Positions 36,688 through 49,580 of a stretch of DNA of 64,000 nucleotides are shown piece by piece (the stretch's first letter is position 1; each line of letters begins with the position of its first letter). The stretch is taken from positions 1,588,696 through 1,652,695 of the forward strand of contig NW_003314276.1 of NCBI RefSeq assembly GCF_000143415.4, given 5' to 3'. Position numbers and translations under genes: made by a program. The stretch is from Selaginella moellendorffii (taxonomy: Eukaryota > Plantae > Lycopodiophyta). Under the pieces are notes generated by a model. That model was not told where the DNA came from, ran no database searches, and saw only the letters and a program-made list of their open reading frames with translations.

Positions 36688-39320
36688 GGATGTTAACTTT
36701 TGGGGCTAAGGCAATTAAGTTGGATAGAGTTTGGAGTTGGTGTAGAAAAATGGCTATTGTGCTTTTCTAAGAAGGGTGGTGACCCTTGTGCCTTTTTTCT
36801 ATAGCATAGTGTTTGGTGGCAAATTGCACCTTGCATTTCGTTAAATTCTATGAGAGTAGTGAACTCTCACTGATCTTGATTTAGTCTTGGTAGTCCTATG
36901 CTTTGGCTGAGGATGGTAATGTCTAACTTAGTTATTTAAGGTTGAGATGTTGGTACCTATACTATAGTTTTGTTTATGAGGAGGTTGTGTACCACTATGA
37001 GTTTATCTTATGGTCTTCATTTTAGTTTTGGCTGAGTGTTGATTATACATAACTAACCTTTTCAAGGCATGCCCAGAGGTATTGACTAAATGAATTAGTG
37101 AGCTTATTGTAGTTGAGTTGGATTCGAGAAGTCATTTAGTTCATGCTTGTCCATGAATCTTTTGTAAGCGACTAAATTTTTCCATTATACTTTAGTCACT
37201 TAACCACACCTCCGACCACTTGGAGGAGTCCCACTCATAACCTCCATAAGTCTTATTTTGGACCTAGGCTTGCTAGCCCCGAGAATGGCATCCCTGCCAC
37301 TCAACCTTTCCACTTGGTCTAAGTGCTCCACATGTCCAATCCCATGACCGATACCCCAAGGTACCACTAACATATGAGCCCGTTACGCTAGGCTACGCTC
37401 ATTCACCTTGGTCACATTGGTGGTCTAACACCATCTGCATTGCAATCCCGTCTCTCCAAGATTAGGTCATTCTCCCATGAGTGGTCATCCCAAATCCACT
37501 CCTTAGCATCCTTAGGATGCCTATAAATATGGGGAATAGCCTTCCCCAATATCTCCATTCTGGTCTCCACCAAGTCCCTTTTTGTCCTTGGCCATGTTCC
37601 CCAACACTGCCACTGGATCAAGGCCCACGGGCCCAACCACTAAGTCCCACTGTCCTCTAGGACTTCCTCACTATGTGACTGTGTCCTTGGTCATCATACC
37701 AAAGGGCTACTCCTCTTCCTTTCCATAGACTGGGACTTTGGGACAACATTACGGAACACCATGGCCCTACATGGGCCTCATGGGTACTCTCCCCGCCTTC
37801 CGCTTTTAGGTGCTCTAGCCATGGGCTTAGAGCGAGGTTCCATTGAGCCACACCAGGTATCCAAGTAGGTAGTGCCACCCACACTTGGACTGGGAGCATT
37901 AGCCAGTCGATCTCCCGGGGGAACTAGAGCCGACTCTTGAACACTTCACCAAACTACCCCGCTTGTTGGTCCGTGTTCACTCTAGTCTTGGACTTCCTAG
38001 TGGGCAGCTCATCACCCAACACTGGGTACAGCCTTCTTGGGCCAAACTAGCCATTCCTGGCCAAACTGGCTCCACTGCAGTCCTCCCCCTTACTATACTT
38101 TTGGAGCTCACCAAACCCCCCAAGGTCTGGGAGATGAATGCTTTGGGCTTTCACCCTCTCAGACTCAAACTTAGACTCAGACTCGGACTCGGACTCGGAC
38201 TCAGACTGGGGCTCGGATTCGGACTCGGGCTCGAGCTCGGGCTTGGTCTCGGCCTCGGCCTTGGTCTCGGTCTTGGTCCTAATCTCGGTCTCGGTCTCGG
38301 TCCCGGTCTCGGTCTCGACGTCGGACTCCATCTCGAGTCCTTCTCGGACTCCATCTCAGATTCCATCTCGGGTCCATCTCGGACTCCATCTCGGACTCCA
38401 TCTCGGATCCCTCTTGGACTCCATCTCGGACTCCATCTCGGACTCCGTCTCGGTCCATCTCGAACTCCATCTCGAACTCCATCTCGGACTCCATCTCGGT
38501 CCATCTCGGACTCCATCTCGGACTCCATCTCGGTCCATCTCGGACTCCATCTCGGACTCCAACTCAGGTCCATCTTGGACTCCACTTCGGACTCCAACTC
38601 GGGTCCATCTCGGACTCCATCTCGGACACTTCCACGTGTCATGTGTTGGTCCTTTTGGGTCCCTTTTTTGGAGCCTCACTTATTGCTCGCTTCGTGCTTG
38701 TTCCTCGAGCACTTTGTTGGGAGTTCCACTCCCACTCTCAACTTTTCAAGTCAGACCTTTGGGTCCAAATGTGTTACGCTCATTTGGCTTTTGCTTTGGC
38801 CATACCACGTGGCACCCTTCTGGCTCCACTTTGGGGCCTAGGGATTTTGTGTCTCACAGGATGTTGACCTTTGAAGCTAAAGCAATTGAGTTGGTTAGAG
38901 TTTGGAGTTGGTGTAGAAAAGTGGTCATTGCACTTTTCTAAGTTGTGCCTTTCTTCTGTAGTGTTGTGCTTGGTGGAAACTTGCACCTTGCATTTTGTTA
39001 AATTCTATGAGAGTAATGAGCTCTCACTAATCTTGATTTGGTCTTGGTAGCTCTGCGCTTAGGCTGAGGATAGTGATGTCCAACTTAGTTGTTTAAAGTT
39101 GCAATGCTAGTGCCCGTACTATAGCTTTGTCTATGAGGAGGTTGTGTACCAATATGAGTCCATCTTATGATCTTCACTTTAGTTTCAACTAAGTGTTGAT
39201 TATGCATAGCTAGCCTTTTCAAGGCATGCTCGGAGCTATTGGCTAAATGTGTTAGTGAGCTTATTGCGGTTGAGTTGGATTCGAGTGGTCATTTAATTTA
39301 TGCTTATCTGTGAACTTTTA
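36688..39320 (+). repeat. ~470-bp diverged direct repeats (36688-37162 and 38859-39320) flanking a 1.7-kb GC-richer insert
   Basis: Shared TAGAGTTTGGAGTTGGTGTAGAAAA...GCACCTTGCATT...CCTTTTCAAGGCATGC...GAGTTGGATTCGAG. Confidence 0.85.
38159..38627. repeat. Compound minisatellite: GGACTC, then GGTCTC hexamers, then GGACTCCATCTC 12-mers with GGTCCATCTC 10-mers
   Basis: Read directly; it produces the low-complexity ORFs listed on both strands. Confidence 0.95.
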
Positions 39321-42164
39321 TCTCTTACCTAGGGTATTACATATATATTGGCCAAGTATATTCTTGTGAAGGCAAGTTGAAGAGTGATTGTTAGTTGCTT
39401 TGCAACTAGTGATTGCTTGTAGACTTTATCGAGGACTATTTAACACTTGCTTCGCTCGATGATGATTTAGCAGTGATGGGCTTGTTTTACCGGATGGTGT
39501 TGCAAAAGATCGTGTTGTTAGACTTACATAGTTTTTCCATGTTTACATATTGATTACATCTTTGTCAATATCATTTCGTTACGTTTAGTCCGTGGTGTTG
39601 GATTTCATTAAGTCTTGGATGTGGTGATTCATTCCTTGATGATGTGTTATTTGTAACTGAGTTTATTGAAAGATTGGTCTCAAATACTGATTAAGGTATT
39701 TTCAACTTTGGTTAGCTTGGTTGCTAGAGAGCTTTGAATAGTGATTCACTCTTGCTTTCTTCTAGCTTTGTTTTGGTGTTGATGGCATTGAAGTGATGCC
39801 TTATTGTTGAAATTCAAGTGAGATGAGATGTCTCTCCATAGGATTGATATTGAGTTTCATTAGTCTCGATGCAAATAGTGTTGATATTTAAGCTGTAACT
39901 TTATGTTATTGGCATTCATGCATTTACACTATATTGATGTACAAATGAACTAAGTGGCAAGTTAAGTTAGTTATGTTCTAAATGAGATTATTTAGTAGAG
40001 GTTGAGCTTTGAGCTTCTCCTTGAAAAGTGATTTAGTCATGGACAACACTAACTTTACGAGAAGAAAAGTTAGTGATTGATATTGGAATGTTTAAATCCT
40101 TATTGAATTTGAGTTGGAATATATTGATCATTAATGATTTATACTTAGCTTTTGGATTGATGCAAATATGCTTTTCATTAGTTTTGGCATTATGAAGTTT
40201 TGCTTATGGATGTGTTGAGAAGGATATTGTAGGTGGTACTATGATTTTTTCTTTAATATTGAAGTTAATTCATGCAATAATTAGTTGTTATAGTTGGTTC
40301 TAATAGATTGAATATTATTACCTTTGGGTGATACATTCACAAGTATCTTGCTTGCTGGTTATTAATACTTTGTGTTCTTTGAGTTATCTTTGGTAAGTTG
40401 TTTGGCAAACTGTCTACAAATTTTGGTAGTTAACTTTTATCATTGAGTTTTATTGATGATATACTTGCTATTAAATTTTATTGGATAGTAAATCCTATGT
40501 TTCTAACTATTGTGATTTTGGTGGTTCCTATACTCTAATACTGGTTTAGCGAATGATAACTTACTTGGAATACTTTTGTGTTCCAATCTAAGATTTCATC
40601 ACTGATAATTAAGACTCTAAGATATCATTGTCTTTGTCTTTGATATTGTCCATTTATTAATCTTTGAGTTTGGGCCAATGTAGGCAGCTGGTTTCGGCAC
40701 TTCGTGTGCATAGTGAAATCTTTAGTCATGGAGTAGTTACTGTTGACTGGTCATATAACCTACATTTCTGTCGATGTTCCTTATTCTATTGAAAGGGCGT
40801 GACCGTATAAACAACTCTAACTGCCTGTTTATAATAGTCTATCTAAACCTTACCAACGGGTTTGGTTTCTTTGCTCAAGAGGGTTAGAGCTTCTGGCTTC
40901 TCTTTCTATATCTTTACCGGTAGGGGCGTATCACACTTTGTAAGCTAGGTGACACCCAGAGCAACAAGGGTGGTTAACTCCATTGGTGATTTCTTTGTCG
41001 GTGACAGCTAGAAGGTGTTTGAGTGGGTAGTGCATCTGCATTAGACAAAGAGGTTACCCTAACTCATTTAAGTTTGTGCATTTCTCACATAGTGTGATCA
41101 TTGTGAACTTTTTCTAAAGTTGTTTCCTTGCCAGTGGTCTAAACTCGAGTATGCATCAACAAGGACATCAATCTTCCTTAAGGGGGGGAGAGTGTTGCGA
41201 ATGTGACTTCGGGTATCAAAAGTTACTTGCCGGCTAGTCCTTTCGGATATTTTTTCTTTACTACAACAACCGTAAGAGGTTGGTATTTTTGGACCTGTTA
41301 TTAGTTCCCATTTGAGCTAGTTGAGAAACTGGTCAATGACCATGCACTTAAATTGGATAAACATAAGGTAGGAACCCTATGTGTTTCTTGTTGAGCATAC
41401 TCGGCCTGGTTTGAGAAACTTGTGTCATTGGTTTGCACTTGCTAGTATCAAGAACCCCCACAATATTGAGATTAATCCCTCAATACTTGTTAGATGATAG
41501 CTTACTGTATTTGCCAAACACCCTCGCTATTACGCCTTTTGTATTAGTCTCATTTCGGACCCAAATGCTATTTATGGAAAGTGTCTAGATTTGCTCATTT
41601 AGCATATTTACGGAATGTAAAGATTGTTCTAAACACAATGGTGTTTGTCTCATATCCAAATTCGCAATCTAAGGATATTCCATATTTAGTAAGTTTTGAG
41701 TTTTTCCCAAAGACTAACTCCTAGTACTAAGGGTGAAAGCCCGAAGCGTATGTTCCTCAAAAGAAGGAAGAGGGGGGGGGGGGGAGGGGTTCTAAATGTA
41801 TAGTAGGGATAGTGAGTAGGTTAGGCATGGCCAACTAACCTAAGGTATAGTTTAGCTCCCGCTTGCGTGCTTGCCTTTGTTCTACGTCCAACTTGGGTCT
41901 AAGCCCAAGTTCCATTCCATGCTAGCTAGTGAAATACCCATATTCTCACATTAGGCCACTAGTATGCTGAAATAGCATCAGACTCCATTTGGCTCTGTTT
42001 TGCGTGCTGGTCTTGGCATTGGGATGTTGATTGCTCTAGGACTGATCAAAGTTGCTCCATACTCCTGTCCCTTTGCTCCTCGGGCTATATGCTAAGGAGT
42101 CGTTTTGTACTCTAGTGCCATTGCTCCTTGGCTCCATGCTTGGGAGTTTGGCACCGTTCCTTTG

Positions 42165-42700
42165 GTCAATCTGCCACACACGCACCCTCGAGCGTCAGAG
42201 CTCCTCACATTGGTCTCTGGCGGGCCTCTTCAAGTTGGATTCGTGGATACAGCCGGTCTGAAATCTCTCTCTCTCTCTCTCTCTCTCTCATGCTGTGATT
42301 TTTTCCAGGAGTACCACGCATCAACCTTTTGTACCCGGGCGATCTCACGGTTTTCCCGCGAGGAACGATGCACTTTGAGATCAACGTTGGGACCAAGCGT
42401 GCGTTTTACATCTCGGTCCTCAATAGCCAAAACCCAGGAACTCTGGTAAACAAAAAAGCTTCGCACGTTTTTTTAATGTTTTCTGATCCTTTTTTTTTTT
42501 TTATTATTCTTTCGTGTGTTGTGCAGACAAGTGGTGGTGCTCTCTTGATGATCCCGGACAGGTCCTCTGCAACCGCGCTCAACGTCGGGCTGGACATGAT
42601 CCGGAAGCTCAAGGAGAATATGCTGCCATACACCCCGCAGCTCGAGTTGGCCCCGCCCGCTGTGTGCGTTCCCGGGCGAGACATCACCACCAAGATTTAA
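42165..42700 (+). pseudogene. Germin-like protein, 5'-truncated tandem copy fused to the LTR
   Basis: Starts mid-exon 2 (VNLPHTHPRASE); 42165-43220 is near-identical to 43761-44787. Confidence 0.85.
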
Positions 42701-42884
42701 AGAATTTTTCTGTCCTTGCTTAATTAAAATAAGCTCCTTTTTCTCCATTTTCTTGAAGCTAGGTGCCTTTTCTGCAAATTACTATAAACAAATCCTTTAG
42801 GTTTTCCTAAACTACTCATTTTTGGCAGAGTATGTGTGACGCGAGCTTGCTAGTCGCTGGAGCGGACGGAGAGGTAAGGGTTGT

Positions 42885-43068
42885 CATGTTGATTACAGCA
42901 CGAACACCACCGGGTCTATTGCGAACATCCCCATTAACATCTCGTAGCACGAAATCGCTAAGAGCTCCCTACCTTGCGAAATCTCGCAGTGGATCGGGAT
43001 CGGCAGCGACTAACACATTCAAGCACCCAAGATCATCACTGCCAACAAAGCTTCTTGAAATCCAACGG
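42885..43068 (-). pseudogene. Degenerate germin exon-1 fragment in antisense orientation
   Basis: Minus strand DFKKL..MILGA..AADPDPLRDF..GALSDFVLRDVNGDVRNRPGGVRAVIN with frameshifts. Confidence 0.75.
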
Positions 43069-43124
43069 TAAAGAAAAAATGTATCCAAATGCAATCAATG
43101 TCTCGTGCTTGAGAAACAATGGGG

Positions 43125-43125
<1 letters not shown>

Positions 43126-43162
<37 letters not shown>
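43126..43162. repeat. (GA)n microsatellite
   Basis: GA dinucleotide run; shorter in the tandem copy near 44720. Confidence 0.9.
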
Positions 43163-43169
<7 letters not shown>

Positions 43170-43413
43170 AGAAAAGGTAAGAACGAAATGAGGGAAGAGG
43201 GCATCGAGTTTGCATGCATGCGTGATCAACGCGTGTTTGTGGATTTATTTTACAGACTTTGAAGACTTGCCACTGTATATAAACCACAAACTTTCTTCTG
43301 GCAGATTTATCATCTCTTCCATCACAACTCATTCGCTCGTTTCTTTCTCCTTTTCGCTCTTCTCAGTTTCCGGAGATCATCTTTCCTTTGGTCTAGATCT
43401 TGATCTTCTTGCG

Positions 43414-44296
43414 ATGGAGTACAAGAAGTTCATACTGATGGTGATGATCTTGGGCGCCGCCGCAGGGAATGTGTTTGTGAGTGCCGCCGACCCCGACCCG
43501 CTGCAAGATTTCGACAGCCCGGGAGCTCTCAGCGACTTCGTGCTGCGAGATGTGTTCAAGAATGGCGACGTGAGCAATGGACCTGGTGGCCTTCGCGCCG
43601 CGATCAACATCACACTCTTCCCAGGAATCGAGTACTTTGTCTTCCGCTTTGCCTTTCGTTCTGTTAGCTCGAGATCGCGGTTTTGATGGAGGTTGTCCTT
43701 TGTTTTGCTTGCAGGTCCCAGGGGATAACTTATGTACACTTTAACATGGTTCCCTGTGGAGTCAATCTGCCACACACGCACCCTCGAGCGTCAGAGCTCC
43801 TCACATTGGTCTCTGGCGGGCCTCTTCAAGTTGGATTCGTGGATACAGCCGGTACGAAATCTCTTTCTCTCTCTCTCTCTCTCTCATGCTGTGATTTTTT
43901 CCAGGAGTACCACGCATCAACCTTTTGCACCCGGGCGATCTCACGGTTTTCCCGCGAGGAACGATGCACTTTGAGATCAACGTTGGGACCAAGCGTGCGT
44001 TTTACATCTCGGCCCTCAATAGCCAAAACCCAGGAACTCTGGTAAACAAAAAAGCTTCGCACGTTTTTTTAATGTTTTCTGATCCTTTTTTTTTTTTTAT
44101 TATTCTTTCGTGTGTTGTGCAGACAAGTGGTGGTGCTCTCTTGATGATCCCGGACAGGTCCTCTGCAACCGCGCTCAACGTCGGGCTGGACATGATCCGG
44201 AAGCTCAAGGAGAATATGCTGCCATACACCCCGCAGCTCGAGTTGGCCCCGCCCGCTGTGTGCGTTCCCGGGCGAGACATCACCACCAAGATTTAA
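43414..44296 (+). CDS. Germin-like protein (cupin), intact; exons 43414-43631, 43715-43851, 43905-44041, 44123-44296
   Basis: Signal-peptide-like start, ADPDPLQDF, germin box PHTHPRASE, FPRGTMHF, LNSQNPG; splices in frame; TATATAA at ~43277. Confidence 0.9.
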
Positions 44297-44480
44297 AGAA
44301 TTTTTCTGTCCTTGCTTAATTAAAATAAGCTCCTTTTTCTCCATTTTCTTGAAGCTAGGTGCCTTTTCTGCAAATTACTATAAACAAATCCTTTAAGTTT
44401 TCCTAAACTACTCATTTTTGGCAGAGTATGTGTGACGCGAGCTTGCTAGTCGCTGGAGCGGACGGAGAGGTAAGGGTTGT

Positions 44481-44664
44481 CATGTTGATTACAGCACGAA
44501 CACCACCGGGTCTATTGCGAACATCCCCATTAACATCTCGTAGCACGAAATCGCTAAGAGCTCCCTACCTTGTGAAATCTCGCAGTGGATTGGGATCGGC
44601 AGCGACTAATACATTCAAGCACCCAAGATCATCACTGCCAACAAAGCTTCTTGAAATCCAACGG
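44481..44664 (-). pseudogene. Second antisense germin exon-1 fragment
   Basis: Tandem copy of 42885-43068. Confidence 0.75.
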
Positions 44665-45158
44665 TAAAGAAAAAATGTATCCAAATGCGATCAATGTCTC
44701 GTGCTTGAGAAACAATGGGGGAGAGAGAGAGAGAGAGAAAAGGTAAGAACGAAATGAGGGAAGAGGGCATCGAGTTTGCATGCATGCATTCAAGAGAACG
44801 TGTGTTTTTGGAAAATTTCTTAATTCAAATTCCTTACAGCTTTCGGAGACTTATCCCAGTAACAATCTCTTCATCATATCTCAACTTTTCTCGTATAAAA
44901 GGTTTTTAACCATTTGAAAAGTTAGTTGGGGCATTGCAAGAATCCCAAAGAGACCACTAGCCATTACATTCACTCCATTAAGTCAAGCTTTGGTGATACA
45001 GCGATCAATACCCTCATCCACAGCGCTTCCTCATTGTTAGGCACCAGGTCAGGATAATAGGATAAGGAAAGGGCCCTGCAATCAAGTGATCACCCCTTTA
45101 GCCAGTTGGCTTAGGGTGTAAGGGATAGGATCCTAACAATGGTATCAGAGAATTGGTT

Positions 45159-46064
45159 GCGATGGCCGACCAAGCTGAACGCTGGAATCCTATTGTCGAT
45201 GGTGGTGCCGACGATGGTGCCGACGAAGCTGCGGAGATTTGGACCATTCAAGATGTGGTTCATGAGCTGCGAGCCCTTAATAAAAATCAGCAAGAGATGC
45301 AAGACGAGATGCATGGCATGATGAATACCATGTGTGGGCGTGTTGAGGCACTCGAGGCTGGACGGGGTAGCGCTCCAAGTAAGCCTTCTTTGGTAGATCA
45401 ACTCAAGATTCCAACCTTTTCCGGTGATGGTGGTGTGGATGAGTGTCTTGCTTGGCTAGCCAATGTGAAGAAGTTTTTGGCTGCTAGAGGAACTCCAGAT
45501 GCAGAGGCTTTAGTGGCTATTTCGATGGTTTTGCGTGATGCGGGTCTTCGATGGTGGAATTGGCTTGAGGAGTCCCGTGTTGCGGATAAGAAACCACCAG
45601 TGTCTACCATGGATGAGTTTGAGGCTGCTTTCCGTTTACGTTTTGCCCCTCATTACGACGTGGAGAATGCTCGTACAGAACTTCGCCATTTCCAGCAAGG
45701 GAAAATGATGCTCGGGGATTATATTGAGAAGCTTACTCGCTTGATTAGTCGTGTTCCAACGAAGGATCCAGATCAAAACAAGTCCTACTTCATTGATGGC
45801 CTACATAGTGAGAGCATGCGGCAACACTTGCGTCATTCTCAGCCTACAAAGAGTTTGGAGGAGCTCTTTGATGCGGCTCGTCAACTTGACAATGACAAGC
45901 ACAAGTCTCGCAAGCGTTCGCGGAGTCCTTCTGTCGAGAATCATCGTGATGATCGCCGTGGACACAAGGATGGGAACAAGCATCACAAGTTGAAGTCGGT
46001 GGTGACTACTTCAGATGCAAAGGGGTCCAAGAAGCAGAAGTTCTTTGTGAAGAATTATAGATAG
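45159..46064 (+). pseudogene. Retrotransposon gag; premature TAG just before a frameshifted zinc knuckle
   Basis: LKIPTFSG, LRWW, FEAAFRLRF, FIDGL; CHHC..LGHYKADC is split across frames after the stop. Confidence 0.85.
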
Positions 46065-46066
46065 GG

Positions 46067-49000
46067 TTGTCATCATTGCGGCGACTTGGACACTACAAGG
46101 CTGATTGTCCGCAGTTGAATAACAAGCAGCAAGACAAGAAGAATGGCCAATCATCTTCTCACGGTAAGTCAGATACTAAAAAGTTGCAAGCTTTACAGCA
46201 TGAGGATGACGAGAACGACCATTCCAGTCGGAGGAAGAGACTTTCGATCGTTGCTCGTCAACTCAACTGTGTGTGGAACAAGATGGAGCTCGAGGATATG
46301 CGTGAATCAGCTTTAATGCTGGAGGGCGTGTTCCGTGGCGATCCAGTGCGGATTTTACTGGATAGTGGGAGCGATGACAACTTTGTTTCGGCAAAGTTTG
46401 TTGCGGAGCATCGCCTGAACACACGTGGAGTTCTTCCATACACAGTGGAAGGTGCAGCTACCTCTGCTCAGCATTTCGATGCTTGTGTCGAGGGGCTGGA
46501 AGTGTTGGTTGGCAAAACCACACTTGTGGAGACTTTTTATCTCGCGGATATCCATCGTGTGGATCTCATCCTTGGGATGCCATGGTTGGTGAAGGTGGAT
46601 CCAGAGATAAAGTGGAGCATTAAGCGTATCTCGCTGGAGTATGGTGGAGTTAAAGATGTGTGGTTTGGCAAGGGCGTTCAACCACCAGTTGTTATGCTCT
46701 CTGCTACATCTTTGAAGCGGGCTTGTCGTAATGGAAAAGCACTTTCGAGTTACTTGCTGTTTGTTCGTGACTTGGGCGACCAAGGCACGTGTGGGGGAGA
46801 AGTAGCAGTACGGGATGTACTCGACGAGTTTTCTAATGTTTTTCCATCTGAACTTCCTCATGGATTGCCTCCATTACGAGGTGTGGAGCATGGGATTACA
46901 TTGGAGCCGGGGACGCGGCCAATTTACCGGCGTCCATTTCGGTTAAGTTATGCGGAGGAGCAAGAAGTTCAACGACAAGTCAAGGAGTTACTTGAGTTTG
47001 GATTCATTCAGCCAAGTAAGTCTCCATTTGGTGCTCCGGTCTTGCTTGTGAAGAAGAAGGACGGTTCAATGCGAATGTGTATTGACTACCGCGCTTTGAA
47101 CAAGAAGACAGTGAAGGATAAGATGCCGATGCCACGTGTAGATGATATCCTAGACAAGCTTGGTGAAGCACGAGTGTTTACCAAGATTGATCTGAGGAGT
47201 GGATATCATCAGATTGCAATGGATGATGCATCTATCTCCAAGACGGTATTCAACACAAGCTTTGGACATTTTGAGTTTACAGTTATGCTGTTTGGTTTGA
47301 CGAATGCACCAGCCACATTTACTCGGTTGATGACGGAGGTCTTTGGGCGTTATCTTCATGAGTTTGTGGAGATTTTCTTGGACGATATTCTTGTTTTTAG
47401 CAAGAATACGGAGGAGCATAGGGTGCATTTGCGCAAGGTTCTTTTGTTACTTCGAGACCGCAAACTTTATGCAAAGAAGAGCAAATGTGAATTTGCAAAG
47501 TCGGAGGTGGAATATCTAGGCCATATTGTGACATCTAAGGGTGTCAAGACGGATCCAAGGAAGGTGGCTGTGGTGGAAAACTGGCCTACACCGACTACAG
47601 TGGCTGAGTTGCGCAGTTTTCTTGGTATGGCTAGTTACTACCGACGTTTCCAGCATAAGTTTGTAGAGGTGGCTATTCCTTTGACGCGGTTGTTACGTAA
47701 GAATGTGCCATTCGAGTGGAAGATGCCACAAGCGGAGAGTTTTGTGGCGCTGAAACGATTGTTGAGCGAGGCTCCAGTGCTTCGCATTGCTGATCCATCG
47801 AAACCTTACGAGGTGACATGCGATGCGAGTGGTTATGCACTGGGAGGAGTTCTCATGCAAGAGGGACAGCCTATTGCATATGAGAGTCGAACTTTGAATT
47901 CCGCGGAGCAACGCTATTCCACATATGAGCAAGAGTTATTCTCTATTGTTCATGCTTTGCGGACGTGGCGGCACTATCTTTATGGTGCAGTGTTCGTGGT
48001 GTTGACAGATCACAAACCACTTGTGTATCTTTTCACACAGAAGGAGTTGAACACTAGGCAAGCTCGTTGGATGGTCAAACTCATGGAGTTTGGGGAGTTT
48101 CCTATTGAGCATCGTTCGGGAAAATCAAATGTGGTGGCAGATGCTTTATCTCGTGTTTGTCATGTGACGACGTTACGAACACGATTTTGTCATCATTTGA
48201 GTAAGGTGGTCGGTCTTCGATTTCACCATTGCAGAGGAGGACCAGCGAGTTTGGGCAATTGGTTGAGCATGCTCAAGCTCAAGATGCTGAGGTAGCCTCT
48301 TTGCGAGCCCAGATGGAAGCCCCTTTCTCATTGGTGGATGGGATTCTCTACTACAATGGCCGTGTCTATTTGCCACAGGTGGATGCGTTAATTACTCAAG
48401 TTTTATTCCACTATCATGATCGTCCAGAGGCCGGTCATTTTGGGGGGAAGAAGACGTATGAGTTGATTAAGCGCAACTTTTATTGGAGGAATATGAAGGT
48501 TGATATCCTCAAGTATTGTAAATCATGCGAGCTTTGTCAGCGGGTTAAGGTGCCACGGGAGAAGCCGGGGGGACTTTTGCAACCTTTACCTATTCCTCAG
48601 AGCCGTTGGTGTAGTATCTCTATGGACTTCATCACTTGTTTGCCACGAACACAGAGGCAAAAGGAGCAAGTATGGGTCATAGTGGATCGGTTGACGAAGT
48701 ATGTGCGGTTGTTGGCTCTTCGGAAGACTGTCACTGCCTCAGACTTGGCTGCGGTTTACTTGGAGAAGGTTTTTCCTGATTTTGGTTTGCTGGAGGACAT
48801 CATTAGTGATCGAGATTCAAAGTTCACCAGTGGATTTTGGAAAAGCTTTGCAAAGGCTATGCAAGTGACTTTGAAACTCTCGAGTGGAGATCATCCTCAG
48901 ACGGATGGGCAAACTGAGTGTGTGAATCAAGTGGTGGAGGATATACTACGTTGTAGCATTGGTCAAAGGCAAGGACAATGGGATCTATATCTTCCGTTGG

Positions 49001-49302
49001 TGCAATTTGCTTACAACAATAGCTAACACAGTGGAACTAAGCTAAGTCCTTACTTTGCGATGTTTGGAAGGCATCCTCGAACAGCGGTGGAGTTGGGATT
49101 GCATTTGAGTAAGGACGTTCAAGAAAAGCTTGATTCCGAGGCAACTGATCTGGCCACAGAACTTGATGAGATTCTGGTGGTGTGCAAACGGAATTTGCAA
49201 GCAGCTCAGGATAGAGCGGAGAAGTTTGCTAATGAGCATCGCCAATTCCGGGAATATAAGGTGGGTGATCTCGTCTTTGTGCGAGTGATCTTTCTGTCAA
49301 GT
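46067..49302 (+). pseudogene. Retrotransposon pol (protease, RT, RNase H, integrase) with frameshift near 48230, stop at 49024 and a rearranged C-terminus
   Basis: LLDSGS; IFLDDIL; CDASGYALG; TDHKPL; VADALSR; HD..AGH..C..C; ISMDFI; SDRD; HPQTDGQTE. Confidence 0.92.
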
Positions 49303-49580
49303 GCATATCGATGCGAGAGAATATAGGACTTCCCTATCCGTAAAGGCACCAAGGTGTTCCGCCGCTCACTTGACGGAAAGATCACTCGCACAAAGACGAG
49401 ATCACCCACCTTATATTCCCGGAATTGGAGATGCTCATTAGCAAACTTCTCCGCTCTATCCTGAGCTGCTTGCAAATTCCGTTTGCACACCACCAGAATC
49501 TCATCAAGTTCTGTGGCCAGATCAGTTGCCTCGGAATCAAGCTTTTCTTGAACGTCCTTACTCAAATGCAATCCCAACTC
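49090..49580. repeat. Long inverted repeat: arms 49090-49302 and 49367-49580, 64-nt loop
   Basis: The peptide [26 protein letters not shown]...FVRVIF is encoded on both strands, nearly identical. Confidence 0.95.

Larger units (their letters stand above)
33760..42164 (+). mobile_element. Old, decayed LTR retrotransposon (probably Ty1/copia-like): 5' LTR 33760-34977, PBS 34980-34990, PPT 41180-41192, truncated 3' LTR 41193-42164
   Basis: Both LTRs start TGTTGCGAATGTGACTT and are collinear but diverged; TGGTATCAAAG PBS; AAGGGGGGGAGAG PPT; no long internal pol ORF. The superfamily call is tentative. Confidence 0.8.

Noticed and set aside
38159-38627. CRISPR array, or real proteins from the 37963-38941 ORFs
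   Set aside because: Units are contiguous with no unique spacers, no cas genes, and the context is eukaryotic; the ORFs arise from stop-free repeats.
46055-46095. Programmed gag-pol readthrough or frameshift signal
   Set aside because: The stop and frameshift fall just before and within the zinc knuckle, and pol has further lesions; more consistent with mutation.
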